Below are positions 13,254-28,218 of a DNA stretch of 64,000 nucleotides, piece by piece. The DNA is from Octopus sinensis. Its lineage: Eukaryota. Both the position numbers and the translations under genes were made by a program. Location: contig NW_021835955.1 in assembly GCF_006345805.1 (NCBI RefSeq), forward strand, positions 62,001 to 126,000. The letters run 5' to 3'. The notes under the pieces were generated by a model. The model made no database searches. It worked only from the letters and a program-made list of their open reading frames with translations, and had not been told where the DNA came from. Position 1 is the stretch's first letter. Each line of letters opens with the position of its first letter.

Positions 13254-14908
13254 ATATATATGTATATGTATGTATATATATATATATATACATGTATATA
13301 TATATATATGTTGTATATGTATATATATACATGTATATATATGTATATATGTATATGTATATATATATATATGTATATATATGTATATATGTATATATGT
13401 GTATATATATATGTATATATATATATATAATTATTAGCCTGTTAGCTATTTGCAACTTAATGCTTAAATATGTATATATACATACACACACACACACACA
13501 TAAGTATGTATGTATATATATATGCATGTCTACACACACATGCTCACACATATATATTTACAGACATACACACACACACACATATACATTTACACATACA
13601 CACGTGAATATATACTCTATTGCATTGTTTAAAGCTAATATTTCTTGAATGTATACACTATCACTTAAAAGGACATACACTTTATACTACCTTGCTGTAT
13701 TCACCACACATAACATACAAGAGAGATATAACGAAATGTTTTCTGCTGGAATATTCTAGCTTAAATGATAAATGCCCGCATAACTGTTATTAGCATTAGT
13801 TAAGCTGATAAAGTGCTCCAAAATAGTCGCACAGGGAACCATTTCAATTCATCTTACAATTTCATTTCACTTGATTATTTCTCGCAAACCACTCAGGTGA
13901 AAATGTGGCATGTTAAAATATTCCATGATTTATCTTATGTCAACTGCTTCAATGTAAATAAGATGTTTTATGAGGCCCTAAACTTTTGGTCAGATATTGA
14001 GCTACATTTTCTGTCTTTTGGGAAAGTAATTTATTCACTTATTATGTAAAATTTCTGAAAATATTTTAATTTTACAATGCCTAACATATTGAAAACATTA
14101 TGTCATTGCAGATAATGTTTGATAGGAGAAAGTTATTGTTACAAAGTGCACTGAAAGCTTTTATTTTAATCAGAGATAGTTGCTGATGTTGTAAACACTG
14201 ATAGTGAACATATTGTCTTTACCTTGAAATCTTGAAATCGAACATCAGGGGTATCTTAAGTTCTATTCAATAGTCAACAAAACATTATGAAGTTACACAC
14301 CTACGCACACACACAAACACACACACACATCATCATCATCATCATTATCCTAATTTAACGTCCACTTCCCATACATGTGTATATAAATGTGGACAGAAAG
14401 CCTGTGTATATAAAGCTGGCAGAAACGTTTGCACGCCAGGCAAAATGTGTAGCTGTATTTCGTCTGCCATTACGTTCTGAGTTCAAATTCTGCTGAGGTC
14501 GACTTTGCCTTTCATCCTTTCGGGGTCGATAGATTAAGTACCAGTTCACTGGGGTCGATGTAATCAACTTAATCCGTTTGTCTGTCCTTGTTTGTCCCCT
14601 CTGTGTTTAGCCCCTTGTGGGTAGTAAAGAAATATATATATGTGTGTGTATGTGCGTATGTATGCACAAAATATATTCATTTATTATGTTATATAGAATA
14701 TTGAATCTATTTTTTCCATATTGGCATAGATTAAGGAATTGCTAATTTGAGGTGGTTTTTCTTATGGTGTGATGCCTTTCCTGTCACCAACCATTACCAG
14801 CTTTTCAAGTAAAGATTATTTTATTCTTGTAGATTTTGAAAGGGCAGAGCTTCAGAACATATTGCTCTTAAGCAATGTAAACATAACATTATTGTTTTAT
14901 ATACATAT

Positions 14909-15055
14909 GCAGATGAGGGCAGCTGCATCAAACTCTCTCATGCACCAAATGGTAATTGCTAAAAAGCATTCGTGAAGTAAAATCATGTAGCAACACCAAA
15001 TGGCGGTGCCCCAGCATGACCACAGCTCGTGAGCTGAAACTAGATAAAATAAAAA
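14909..15055 (+). mobile_element. 5'-truncated 3' end of a related CR1-group LINE
   Basis: Encodes QMRAAASNSLMHQ, identical to the ORF2 C-terminus near 49960-50000. It is followed by the same 3' UTR (GGCGGTGCCCCAGCATG...CTGAAACTAGA) and an A-rich tail. Confidence 0.9.
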
Positions 15056-16799
15056 ATATATACAGCAAACAAACAAGCATACATACAGACATCTAGATAT
15101 AGAAATACACATGCATACATACATATGTATTTACGTATGTATGTATGTATGTATGTATGTATGTATGTATGTATGTATGTATGTATGTATGTATGTATGT
15201 ATGTATGTATGTATGTATGTATGTATGTATTTGTTTTACTTTATTTTTGCTTGCTAGCAAGGTAAATTATTGATTTGCTACAAACTGGTGTGTTGAGTCA
15301 AATGTCTTGCAATATTTTGGAAACTCAAGGTGGCGAGCTGGCAGAAATGTTAGCACAAGGGTGAAATGCTTAACAGCATTTCATCTGTCTTTATTTCCTG
15401 AGTTGAAATTCTCCCATGGTCAACTTTACCTTTCATCCTTTTGGGTCGATAAATTAAGTACCAGTTGCATACTGGAGTTCGATCTAATCGACTGGCTCCC
15501 TCCCAAAATATTTTGGGCCTTGTGCCTAGAGTAGAAAAGGAATATTTTGGAAGCTCATTTGCTTTATTAGCCAAGTTACAACAAAAGCAGTCTAGCATTC
15601 ATGCCCATGTTTGGTGACAGGTGCCAAAAGCTGGCCCTTGCATAATCTGTGCTTAGGCACATTAAAATTATGAAAAACAGATTATTACTTCTTCCAATCA
15701 ATGGCTCACATCCTGTGCTTGCAATACTTCATCAGCCAAGTAGAGGTAGAAGCTTCAGTGGACGAGTTCTTTGCCTTAAAAGAACAAGCATTGGTATCAG
15801 TGTGGGATCAAAGAACTGGCAAAAAGGTGGCTTTATTCAATGCAACATGGTGGCCTCTACTTTGAATGCTTGGGATGTTTGTTGTTGTAACTTCATGAAT
15901 AAAGCAACTAAGCTACAAAAATTTTGCAAAATTTTTGACATAACACAATATATTTATATTGAAATCAAATTTGATGGCTGGCATCCGAGCTAGTGGTGCA
16001 CTAAGAGTACCATACGAGTTTGACAGATGCCAGAGCATCAAACTGGCTCCCATGCTAGTGACATGTAAAAAGCACCATTTGAGTGTGATCATTACCTGCG
16101 TCGCCTTACTGGCACTTGTGCAGGAGACACGTGAAAAAACATTTGAGCAAGGTCATTGCCAGTGCTGCTGGACTGGCTCCTGTGCAGGTGGCACATAAAA
16201 AGCACCATTTGAGAGTGGCCGTTGCCAGTACCACCTGACTGGCCCTCGTGCCGGTGGCACGTAAAAGCACCCACTACACTCTTGGAGTGGTTAGTGTTAG
16301 GAAGGACATCCAGCTGTAGAAACTCAACCAGATCAGATTGGAGCCTGGTGCAGCCATCTGGTTCACCAGACCTCAGTCAAGTCGTCCAACCCATGCTAGT
16401 ATGGAAAGCGAACGTTAAACTATGATGATGAGGAGGAGGAGGATCTCCTATGTGACCATGGAAAAACAGATGTAAAAATGATTAAACAAAGAAGCATATG
16501 TACTACCAAGCATGTTAATTTTTTTTTGTATTTTTAGCATTTCATCATGGAAAGAATGGCACACATGAGTCACTTAATTTTCAGAACTTTCTGAAATTGA
16601 TAAGGAAGAAGGAAGTTATCATCAACCAGAAGGCTTGCAACAGATTTGCCTCTGTTCAAAGTACCCAAAACCAAGTGAGTGTTTTCAACAAAACCATAGA
16701 TCCGGTCACTTTTGCTGGATGACCTCCCTCAAATGCTTTAAAATGTTACAATAGAACTCTCAATTGATGGTCTGGTCCTAGAGGAGAATTCCTGATGCA

Positions 16800-17187
16800 C
16801 AATACGACATACCACATTTCTGGGGTTGGCAGGTCTTCCAGATCACTCATTATCTTCCAGGGACATTCTTCCACTTTTAAAGCACTCATGCCACTCAAAA
16901 CATTGCATGCAACCCATTGCTTCATCGTCATAAGCTTCCTCAATGTCTCTGTAGCAGACTTCTAAAGTTTAACACAAAATTTCACATTGGCTCTTTGTTC
17001 CTGTTTATGACAATATTGCAAACTAACACACACATGTGATCACAAACTTATGAAGTAAACACTGCAATGTCACTCGGCACACTGCTTCATGAAGGTTACT
17101 GCTAGCTCTCACTGAGCACACAACCATGTGTTGCCACCTGTTGGCACACTACAGAACCAGTCCAGGCACTTTTTGATATTACCTTGT
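16800..17187 (-). mobile_element. Mariner transposon 5' remnant (TIR + HTH region)
   Basis: Minus strand reads EQRANVKFCVKL*KSATET..EAYDDEAMGCMQCFEWHECFKSGRMSLEDNE*SGRP. The terminus TACAAGGTAATATCAAAAAGTGCCTGGAC is mariner-TIR-like. Confidence 0.85.
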
Positions 17188-19641
17188 ATTTACTATTCTC
17201 AATCATCTGCCATATATAAAGATTACCTTCTCTGTCAACCTGTCTGAGATCCTACTATACTTCTTATGAATCCTTCTGCTGACAATTATAATGCAATCTT
17301 AGATTTCATTTGCCAGGAACTAATTTATCCCTTGATTTGCGTAACATGCCAAAATCATGTAATATTCCTTTAAAAGTTGTTGTCAGACTATGGAAAAATA
17401 GAGAATTCAACAAGACCAGTCAAAATGTTCTAAAAACATGTAAGAAATTAATATTCTTTCATCTTTTGTCTTTTGATTGTTTCAATCATTAGATTGTGGC
17501 CATGCTGGGGCACTGCCTTGAGGAATTTTAGATAAACTGGTCGATCCCTGTACTTGGATGTAAGTACACCAACACCAGTAGTTAAGTGGTGGTAGTGTGA
17601 CAAACACAGACACAAAAATATACACACATAGATGTATACATACACATATATATATAAAGAGAAGGAGGAATAAGAAAGAAATTAGCAGAAAACTAAAAGT
17701 GGAGAAATATAGTGTGATAGGTGAATAGAAATATTCTATCTAGGTCCTTTCCTTATGATAAAAGTAAATCTTTTTGTTCGCTCTGTAATAATGAACTGTA
17801 TTTCATCCTGTTCTCATTTAAAAAATGCATTTATCATTGCAAACATTGGCAAAAACATACCTTTAGTTCTTATCAGTAATTTCTACCAGTGTATAAAATT
17901 TGACCTTTAACTGTCTTCTTACATTTCACTTACACTAGGTATATCTATTTACATGCTTTTAATCTGTATTCATATTCACCTATTGCACTATATCTCTCCA
18001 CTTTCAGTTTTCTGCTAATTTCTTTTTTCCTCCTACTTCTCTTTCTATAAATTGCCTTTCATGTTATATCTATTAACAGTTTTTTTTTTAAATATTACTT
18101 ACCAGCCAGCATTCCCTTCATATGCAGCAATTACATTTGGTTTAAATCTCTTATTGATACGTTTTGTTTCTCTTTTTTTCCCTAATGGGAAGATTGCATT
18201 GTTTTACATCATTTTACTCCTGGAATAATATCAATGTTTTCTTCAAAACATATGTCGGCAGTATAAAGATTTGAATAACACCTGCGTTTAACTCCAATTA
18301 TTTATTATCTATGTTATTTCAAAACATTTCCCTAAACCCTGGAATTTCTACCTTTATAAGTGAGCTGTTACATCCTTGGTACTAATGCCAATTTTTGCTA
18401 CCCTGGTAACTATTTATTTTTTCCATGTTATTTGTAAACATAAAAAATATGCATACATTTATCAAAAATACACACACACACACACACATATAGTAACAAA
18501 CTGAGGAAAAGAGATCCCTCAAAGGGGTGTGTTAAACATCCATTTCACAGGTATGTCAGTTGATTACCATATAGATATGGGTATAATGCAATTACAAAGA
18601 TAAATTCAATAGTGAGATACTATTGACAATCCAGTAATTTATTTATATTATAATATTACATGATATACTATGAATATAATATAACATTATATTATATAGC
18701 ATAATTATTTAAAATACCATAAAAGGCCAATGAATTGTTTCAACTTATACATTTTCTGATGTATATATACAATAACAGTTTCCTTATATATAAGTCACTT
18801 CAGGGTAATGGTTTAATGACAGATAAAATTCTATGTGAAATGACGGCTGGATTGTAAAAATTAATTCCAAAGTCTATGTATTATGAGTGTGAGCATTAAC
18901 TATACAATAATACATCAATTACAATTAAAAAAACAACAAAAACACTCTAACGGATGATACAACCAAGTAAGTGCAATCCACAACCATCAAAATTCATTTC
19001 ATTACATCTCAAACACATACCAGTCAAAACCCGTTCATGTCTAAAAGAGTCCCTCGTCCCTACAACATACAACAATAAGATAGGTGTGTGTGTGTGTATA
19101 TATATATGTATATAATTAAGTATTAAAGTCTTCCCCTATGTATAACGGCAACAAAAAATATATAAATAATTACATTTTCAATACAACAACTCTTCTATTT
19201 ATTTAGATTAACTGATATGAAAAACAAATATTGTTTAAATTAACTAATAATAATTTTCTATATTTATTGTTTTCTTGGATGGATAATACCATAGTAGATA
19301 TGACTAGGAACCTAATAAAAATTTTCCTTGCTTAGTTAATTTATCATAGGGAGAATTCCATAATAAACATTAATATAAACTTAAGGCTGTAAAGGCAATA
19401 ACCAAAGTACCCCGTAGATATATATTTTTAGGCTATAGTAATAGAAATCAAATTTACTAAATTTTTTAGGGGTAACCAGACTTGAAGTTATATTTATAGT
19501 ATATCATGTAATATTATAATACAAATAAATTATTAGATTGTCAATAGTATCTCTCTATTTAATTTATTTATATATATATATGTGTGTGTGTGTGTAGCCA
19601 TATTAAATCTCTGAGTGAAAGGTAAACAGTAACAGTATGGA

Positions 19642-19812
19642 ATCATAAAATATATTTGCCAACTAAATGTGGTGGTCCCACAGAGGACGACGTTACTGTT
19701 GTTTTTAACCCCAGGAAGACATGTCATTAGCCAGTCTTCCTGGGGCTAAAAACATCTGTAACATCGTCCTCTATGGGACCACCACATTTAGTTGGCAAAT
19801 ATATTTTACGAT
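19642..19812. repeat. ~170-bp near-perfect palindrome (MITE-like)
   Basis: AAAATATATTTGCCAACTAAATGTGGTGGTCCCA...CCCCAGGAAGAC / GTCTTCCTGGGG...TGGGACCACCACATTTAGTTGGCAAATATATTTT. Confidence 0.92.
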
Positions 19813-19837
19813 ATATATATATGTTACAGTTGTTTTG

Positions 19838-19874
<37 letters not shown>

Positions 19875-21328
19875 GGAATATATATATATATGCACACACA
19901 CACACACAGACACAGATATATAGACAATCAGCTTCTCTCAGTTTCTGTCTGCCAAATCCTCCCACAAGGCTTTGGTCTGCTTGAGACTATAGTATAAGAC
20001 TCGTGTCCAAGGTTCCATGCAGTGGGACTGAACCCAGAACCATGTCGTTGAGAAGCAAATTTATTATCACACAGCCACACCTGCACCTATATGTCATGAA
20101 ATTTTACAAATTCTCTAATTTATCAATGCAACAGCAGTGTTTCATGAACATGTGCATGCTTCTATGGTTTTGTGGATGCCATGTGAATTTGAGAACACTA
20201 GGAGTAACTAGAAGTCATTACTTCTTCATAATAGTAATTTCAATAATCAGTAAATGACATTTGAGTTTCAAATCATTAGACTTCTTTGACTTATCAAGCA
20301 TATCGAGCAATTCACATAACATTCATTTGATTTAAAACTTAAAGTAATCACTCGAACATGTGATTTGATAAATATTCTGTTTCTCTTCATTTAACTTTGA
20401 TTGGCGTAATTAATATATATCAGACTACAGCAAAATGTTGTTAATGCTTCAGGACAAATGCCTTCCAGAAATTCAAAATTTCAGTTGCTTTTGAATAACA
20501 ACTGTTCTAGAGCTAATAGTTCTTGATAAAATTCCCACTGAACTTTTATTTAAAAAAAAATATTTAATTTCAGTATATTTAATTTTATTATATATTTGGT
20601 TTTAATTTTGTATTAATAATCCCTTTAAATCAGTGAGTAACGGTAGAATATCTATTAAAATAGTTGTTATTAAACTAACAATAGTTCTCTTCAGCCAACC
20701 TACGACTGAAATTACCTGTCTAAGAGAAATGTTGTAATCATATTTTAACTGTATTTCATATCCACAACAACTTCTTTAAACCAATTATCGCTACTGGTTC
20801 ATCATTGATAAGTTAAATATATTTTGATTTGGATTTTAATGTTATATAAATCTTCTAGAGTTTTCTCTACTTAATAACCACTTGTCGATGCTATGAGGTT
20901 ATATATTTTCAATATTATTAATTATTAAAGCGTGATTAAGACTGGAGCCTGGTGCAGCCATCTGGTTTGCCAGTCCTCAGTCAAATCGTCCAACCCATGC
21001 AGGCATGGAAAGTGGACGTTAAACGATGATGATGATGATGATGTATGGCAGAATTTGTAGAACTCAAAATACTTTGCAGTATGTCTTCAATCTCTTACCT
21101 GTTTCAGTCATTAGGCTGCGGCCATGCTGGGGCACAGCCTTGAAATAATTTTTTAGTCAAACCAATCAACCCCAATACTTTTTTTTTCTTTAAAGCCTGG
21201 TGCTTATCCTATCAGTCTCTTTTGCTGAACTGCTATGTTATTGGGATGTGAACACACCAACACCAGCTATCAAGCAGTGACGAGGGACAAACACAGACAC
21301 AAAGACACTCACACACACATATACATGC

Positions 21329-21411
<83 letters not shown>

Positions 21412-24400
21412 GGTCAGACTGAGGCTATAGTACAAGACACTTATCCAAGGTGCCACACAATAGGAGTGAACCTGGCACCATGTGGTTGGGAAGGAAGCTT
21501 TTTACCATAAACACATGTATGCACCTATGTTTATCTACATAAATATAGAAAATTGTTTCTGAATATGTATTTTCTATGAAGGAATAGACAGCCAACTCTT
21601 CACTTTTTAGGTTTAAGCCCTGCCTATACAGATGTTACTTTCCCTTCTTCCAAGATAGATGCAATAACATCCAGTAATACACTGGACTTTGATTCAATTG
21701 AATACCCTCTTCTATAATTTTAATTAATATAACATAACAAAAATTGCCAAATCCTATCACAGCCAACTTTGTCTTTCACTCTCCCTAGCATCAATAAAAT
21801 GAGTACAAGAGATATTCTGAGGTTAATTTCATCAACTGTCTCCTCATATTGACATGGACTTGGACTTATGATTAAAACAAAATGTTCTAATTGCTGAGAA
21901 TATTTTGAATCTGCTAAGATAATGCTTATTTTTTCTCACTAGTGTGACAGGAACCAGCTTCTTTTGTTTATTAAAATGTTTTTATTGACAGAGGCTTTCG
22001 ATTCAAATACTCCATCATCCTGTGGATAGTCTGTTTTTTTTTCTTGTTGATCTGGGTTGGACAGATCTTATGCCATCTTGCTCTCTGCTTTAGATCATTA
22101 TGGTACTTTGTCAGCCGTTTGTCTTGCTAATGAATATTTTATTGAAAAGATGTTATATAGAGTCATTTAACCATGATTTGAACAACAGAACAACATGCTA
22201 GAAATAGCAGCTACAGCTATATCAAATCACACCCAGCATGGGATAAAATAAATTCTAAAAATACAGACAACATGGTAATTGTTAGAGTGGCTTTTAATCA
22301 TATTGGAGCTGACCTAGGGTTAAACAACAACAATAAAATACACACACACATGTATGCACACACACACGCATACAGGCATGCACACATAAACATTGACATA
22401 CACAAACATATACGTACACATATACACACATACTCACTCTTTGTTATACAGTCAGTGTTTGTTGTATGATCTCCAGATATATAAGGACATAATATATTTG
22501 GACGGTGGCGCGTAAAAAGCACCATCCGAACGTGGCCGATGCCAGTGGTGTCTTGACTGGCTTCCATGCCAGTGGCACGTAAAAAGCACAAACCGATCGT
22601 GGCCATTGCCAGCCTCCCCTGGCATCTGTGCTGGTGGCACCCACCACATTCACGAAGTGGTTGGCGTTAGGAAGGGCATCAAGCTGTAGAAACACTGCCA
22701 GATCAGACTGGAGCGTGGTGCAGTCTCCTGGCTTCGCAGACCCTGGTCAAACCGTCTAACCCATGCTAGCATGGAAAACGGACGTTAAACGATGATGATG
22801 ATGATGATATCTGAGTGTCATAGTTCATATTGAGGTTGACTTAGCTTAAGTACCAATAAGCCAGAGTCATCAGTGGTGATCAGAGAATAGAATAGACACC
22901 ATCCATGCATCCCCACTGCCACCACCACCACTGCTGCCACTGATCACAAGTATACAAACATCTTATTATGAATGATATGAAACAATTTAATGGCTATATT
23001 TAATGAAGGCATAATCACAATGTATATATAAATGCATTCAGTTTTTTCTGCATACATACATACATATATACACACATACATATACACTTACATATATACA
23101 TGCATATATATTATTGGATGTACTTCCATATGTTATTGGCAATTTTACAATTTGATCAGCAAAGACATGTGTTGAAAAGCAGTTGTAATGACACTTAGCA
23201 TATTAGAACATTCGCCAGCAATTATCAACCAATGATGCAAAAAAAACAATATTCTCGCAACAAAGTAAAAAGAAAACAAAAAAAACAACAACAACAAAAA
23301 ACACACAATACAAAATGAATATATATACATATATATATATCTTGGAATGATATCAAAATTATCGATATGTTTATGGGTTCTGACAATACCCACAATAAAG
23401 ACATTTTGAACATTCGCTTCTGATGTAAACTTTGTAATATTTTCTAATTTATTTATCAAACTGATTGCCAATATGTCTTGGGGAATATTCTTCTTTCTCT
23501 ATTATGAGAAGAAGTTCCAATGAAGCAGAAACACAGCGTTTAATTATATAATTTTTAGAGTGTTTTTGGACCATTTTGAAAAGAAAGAATGTAAGTAAGC
23601 ATGTTTTCAACTAAATATTCTGTAGTAGTATTGGTAGTAGAGGTAGTGGTAGTAGTAGTAGTAGTAGTAGTAGTAGTAATAGTAGTAGTAGTAGTAGCAG
23701 CAGCAGTAGTAGTGGTGGTGGTGGTGGTGGTGGTGGTGGTGGTTGCTGTTGTTGGCAGTGGTGATATCAATGTTGTTGCAATTGATAACAGTGTTTTTGT
23801 TGTTGTTGTTGTTGTTATTTAGCTTCAGGTTAACTATGATTGAACAAACTCATAATCAAGTCATTCCAATTGTTGTTGTTTAACAGCAAATAGCCTCTGA
23901 TCAAGCAAACCTATGATTAAAAGAAACAGACAAGCCATGAACGTCCCTTTTGTATTCCATCTTTGGTGATACTGTAATCACAAAGTACATCACCTAACGT
24001 GTATTTTTTTTTGTTATAGACACAAGCATGGCTGTGTGATAATGTTCTTCAACCACATGATTTTGGGGTCAGTTCTACTACATGGCACCTTAAGCAAGTG
24101 TGTTTGTAACTTCAGGATGACCGAAGCCTTGTGAGGGGATTTACCACATGGTTCCAGGTTCAGTCCCACCTTGATCAAATGTCTTCAAATATAGCTTCAG
24201 ACTAACCAAAGCCTTGTGAGTGGATTAATAGACGGAGGCTGAAAGAAGCCTGTCATATGTATATGAGTGTGTTTGTGTGTGTGTGCATGTGTATGTGTGT
24301 GTATATGTGTGTGTGTGCGTATATGTGTGTGGTGTGTGTTGTGCGTGTTTGCATCTCTGTAACTTAACAGTTCAGCAAAAGAGACTGGTAGAATAAATAC

Positions 24401-24539
24401 CCGGCCTAAAAATAAAGTACCGGGGTCAATTCATTCAACTAAAAATTCTTCAAGGTGATGCTCCAGTATGGCCACAGTGTAGTGACAAAAAAACAAGTAA
24501 AAGATAAAAGGCATGTACATATTTATATATATATTCTTT

Positions 24540-24930
24540 TATTCTTCTATTTGTTTCAGTCATTTAACTGTGGCCATGCTGGAGTACCATATTCAGTTGA
24601 ACAAATCAGCCCCAGAACATATTCTTTGTAAGCCTAGTACTTATTCTATCGGTCTCTTTTGCTGAACCACTAAGTTATGGGTACATAAATGCACCAACAT
24701 CGGTTGTCAAGCGATGGTGGAGGGACAAAGACAGACACACAGACACAGACACACACACACACACATATATACGACAGGCTTCTTTCAGTTTCCGTTTACC
24801 AAATCCACTCACAAGGCTTTGGTTGGCATGAGGCTATAGTAGAGGACACTTGCCCAAGGTGCCATGCAGTGGGACTTAACCTGGAACCATGTGGCTGGTA
24901 AGTAAGCTTCTTACCACACAGCCACTTCTG
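24540..24930 (-). mobile_element. SINE family A copy, tail-to-tail with a + copy at ~24020-24510
   Basis: Matches the family A consensus in reverse orientation. Confidence 0.85.
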
Positions 24931-25742
24931 AGCCAGGATGTATAATAAAGTATGTCATTCTATCCATTTTTTATTATTCATCTATATATATATATATATA
25001 TGAGTGTGCGTATCTTGGTGTTTTTTATCTTGATCTTACTTACTAGTTGTGAAATAATTGTCACTATCATACAAGTTATGTCACCCGCTTCCAATATTCA
25101 GCAAGAACACATATGGACATGGTGAAATATTACCTTGCTTGGAAACAGGTATGGATTGGCAACAGGAAAACTATCCAACTGTAGAAAATTTGCCTTAATA
25201 AAACTGCATCCAACCCATGCAAGTGTGGAAAAACAGACGTTAAAATGATAAGGATTTTGACGACAACGATGATTGTAAGGTGGATGTTGATTGAAAGAGA
25301 TTGTTCTGCTATTTCTTGCTAGTCAAGCAATCATACAGAGCAGTGGTTCTTCTTTGTTTTTTTTTACCTATGGACTCTTTGATTCCTATTTTATTCATGT
25401 GGACCTTATAGCCATTTGATGATAAAAGAAATCTTTATTGTATTTTTATAATTAAATATTATTAGTGTTATGTCACACGTTCGGATGACTGCTACTCAAC
25501 TCTCGACTTCTGTCAACATCTAGGCTTCTCCCACTATATCTACGTATTGGGCTAGCCTACTTCATCGTCTAGATGTAGCAGATTAGATGTTAGATGATAC
25601 AGTTCAATGTACCTATATAAAATGGAATGATCCTGACTGCAATGCCTTTGATCTTGCAATTGTTTAATCAAGGTCTGACTTGGAACTAAAAAACAATAAA
25701 TAACAAATGTTTTTACCAAAGCACAGACAGAATTATATCCAT

Positions 25743-26340
25743 GCGGTGAGCTGGCAGAAACGTTAGCATGCCGGGCGAAATGCTTAACGGTATTTCGTCT
25801 GCCGTTACGTTGTGAGTTCAAATTCCGCCGAGGTCGACTTTGCCTTTCATCCTTTCGGGGTCGATAAATTAAGTACCAGTTACGCACTGGGGTCGATGTA
25901 ATCGACTTAATACCTATGTCTGTCCTTGTTTGTCCCCTCTGTGTTTAGCCCCTTGTGGGTAATAAAGAAAAAGGTATTTCGTCTGCCGCTGCATTCTGAA
26001 TTCAAATTCTGCCAAGGTCTACTTTGCCTTTCATCCTTTCAGGGTCGATTAAATAAGTACCAGTTATGCTCTGGGGTTGGTATAATCGACTTAATCCGTT
26101 TGTCTGTCCTTGTTTGTCCCCTCTGTGTTTAGCCCCTTATGCGTAGTAAAGAAATAGGTATATCATCTGTCTTTACATTCCGAGTTCAGATTCCACCGAG
26201 GTTGACTTTGCTTTTCATCCTTTTGGGGTCGATAAATTAAGTACCAGTTATGCACTGGGATTGATGTAATCGACTTAATCCCTTTGTCTGTTCTTGTTTG
26301 TCTCCTCTGTGTGTAGCCCCTTGTGGGTAATAAAGAACTA
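25743..26340 (+). mobile_element. SINE family B head-to-tail trimer flanked by a 16-bp direct repeat
   Basis: GGTGAGCTGGCAGAAACGTTAGC...GAGTTCAAATTCC...GCCTTTCATCCTTTCGGGGTCGATAAATTAAGTACCAG, three times. AGAATTATATCCATGC at 25729-25744 and 26341-26356. Single copies at ~3105-3305-, 14410-14635+, 15327-15540+, 27220-27435-, 28850-29060+, 31088-31305+, 34095-34320-, 37288-37500+, 38260-38470+, 51100-51310-, 58020-58420-. Confidence 0.9.
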
Positions 26341-27974
26341 AGAATTATATCCATGCAGCATGCAAATCTCCACACATCATTAAAGAATTTATGTCTTATT
26401 TGTTTGTAGGAGATGGAATGCAGCCAAAAACAAAAATTGGGGGACATCCGCAATAGCAAACGTTGTGAAGCTGGCTGTGGAGATGAAATGTGTGGTTTTT
26501 TGTTATAAAACAATGAAGTGTAATTTGAGTGAGATTTGGTCACTATTTCTAGCAAATTGAGTGATCATATAGAGGCTCCTTCATTGGCTCATTGATATTT
26601 ATTTTACAAGTAGTAAATATGGTAGTTCCAAGGTTCCTCTCTCATCTCATGGCAAACACAGGTTATATATGAAAGAAGCTATGAGCTCTTTGTTGGCGGA
26701 ACAGCATTGTCATCATTTGTCACCAAGTAATAGTCAGTCTAACTGCAAGAAGGTGATGACATTTTGATCTTATGGCCTTTATCCTTCTTCTCATCTTATT
26801 CATCATTGTGAATTAGCTTTCATGTGGTGCTTTCATATTATGTTATCTAACACTATCAATGTCAAACCTAACAGGATTTGAGTTTAGAACTCAGAAACAT
26901 TGAGTAACATATGATAAATATTTATTCCACCCCCTCAGTTTCTGTACTGTATTTACCAAATCTCTGTATCTGAGATACCAAATTAACTGAATCACTTCAT
27001 TTCTCATATATATTTCCAATCCACACAACTTATACAGATGAGCTAGGACTTATGCTATACAAAATATAATGCATGAGAAGTAAAAAATTCTGGTTAACTG
27101 TGAAACAAATTTTGTCAAAATATTTATTCTACTAATATTTTTGTCAAAAGGGTACACATGTGAATGTATTTAAAATCTTGAACAAAATGTTACCTCTAGG
27201 AATGTTGATAATATATTTTATTCTTTTCTACTCTAGGCACAAGGCCCGAAACTTTTGGGGAGAGGGCCAGTCGATTAGATCAACACCAGCACGCAACTGG
27301 TACTTAATTTATTGACCCCAAAAGGATGAAAAGCAAAGTGGACCTCTGTGGAATTTGAACTCAGAACATAAAGACAGACGAAATACTGGTAAAATTTTCA
27401 CCCAGTGTGTTAACGTTTCTGCCAGCTTGCCACCTTATATATTTTATTGCAAAATATAAATATTTGTCAGATACTTTAGAGGCTGGACACAATTAAAACT
27501 TCCATTTGACAAGAATTTGGTGTGTTATTTGGATACAAAACTAATTGCTATGTTATATAGAGGATCAATAAGTTTTTTTTCTCCTCTCCATGGTCCCATC
27601 ATAATCCAAAACATGTAAATAAATCTTGCTGCCAATAGCCTCAAGTGAATTAACAGAAAGGTGGCAATATCACATTGTAGTAAATGTGATATTGTCTAAG
27701 AGACAAACATCCAATTGAGTAACAAAGTGATAGGGAGATTTAAATGCCCAAGGGTAGCCTACTGGGAACAGCGTCAATGGAAAGCCTAATGAAACCCTTC
27801 TACCAGGTACATTCAGCTTATGATTAATGTCAGTATATGAAGAAACCCCATGTTATTTATACCTACTGGTGTTAATATATGTAATACCCCAATGCCCTTA
27901 TAATGGCCTTCATGTGTTCAAGTTTGCATATATGTGCATTTGTATGGAGGCAGCAGCTGTGCAAATACTCTTTT

Positions 27975-28187
27975 CTCTTTTTCTCTTTTTACTTGTTTCA
28001 GTCATTTGACTGTGGCCATGCTGGAGCACCACCTTTAATCGAGTAACTCGACCCCAGGACTTATTCTTTTGTAAGCCCAGTACTTATTCTATCGGTCTCT
28101 TTTGCCGAACCGCTAAGTAACGGGGACATAAACACACCAGCATCGGTTGTCAAGCAATGCTAGGGGGACAAACACAGACACACAAAC

Positions 28188-28218
<31 letters not shown>

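Noticed and set aside
15600-15880. ORF 15649..15993 as a possible host exon
   Set aside because: No recognisable domain or splice context. Faint Tc1/mariner C-terminal resemblance (QHGGLYFE) suggests transposon debris, too weak to call.
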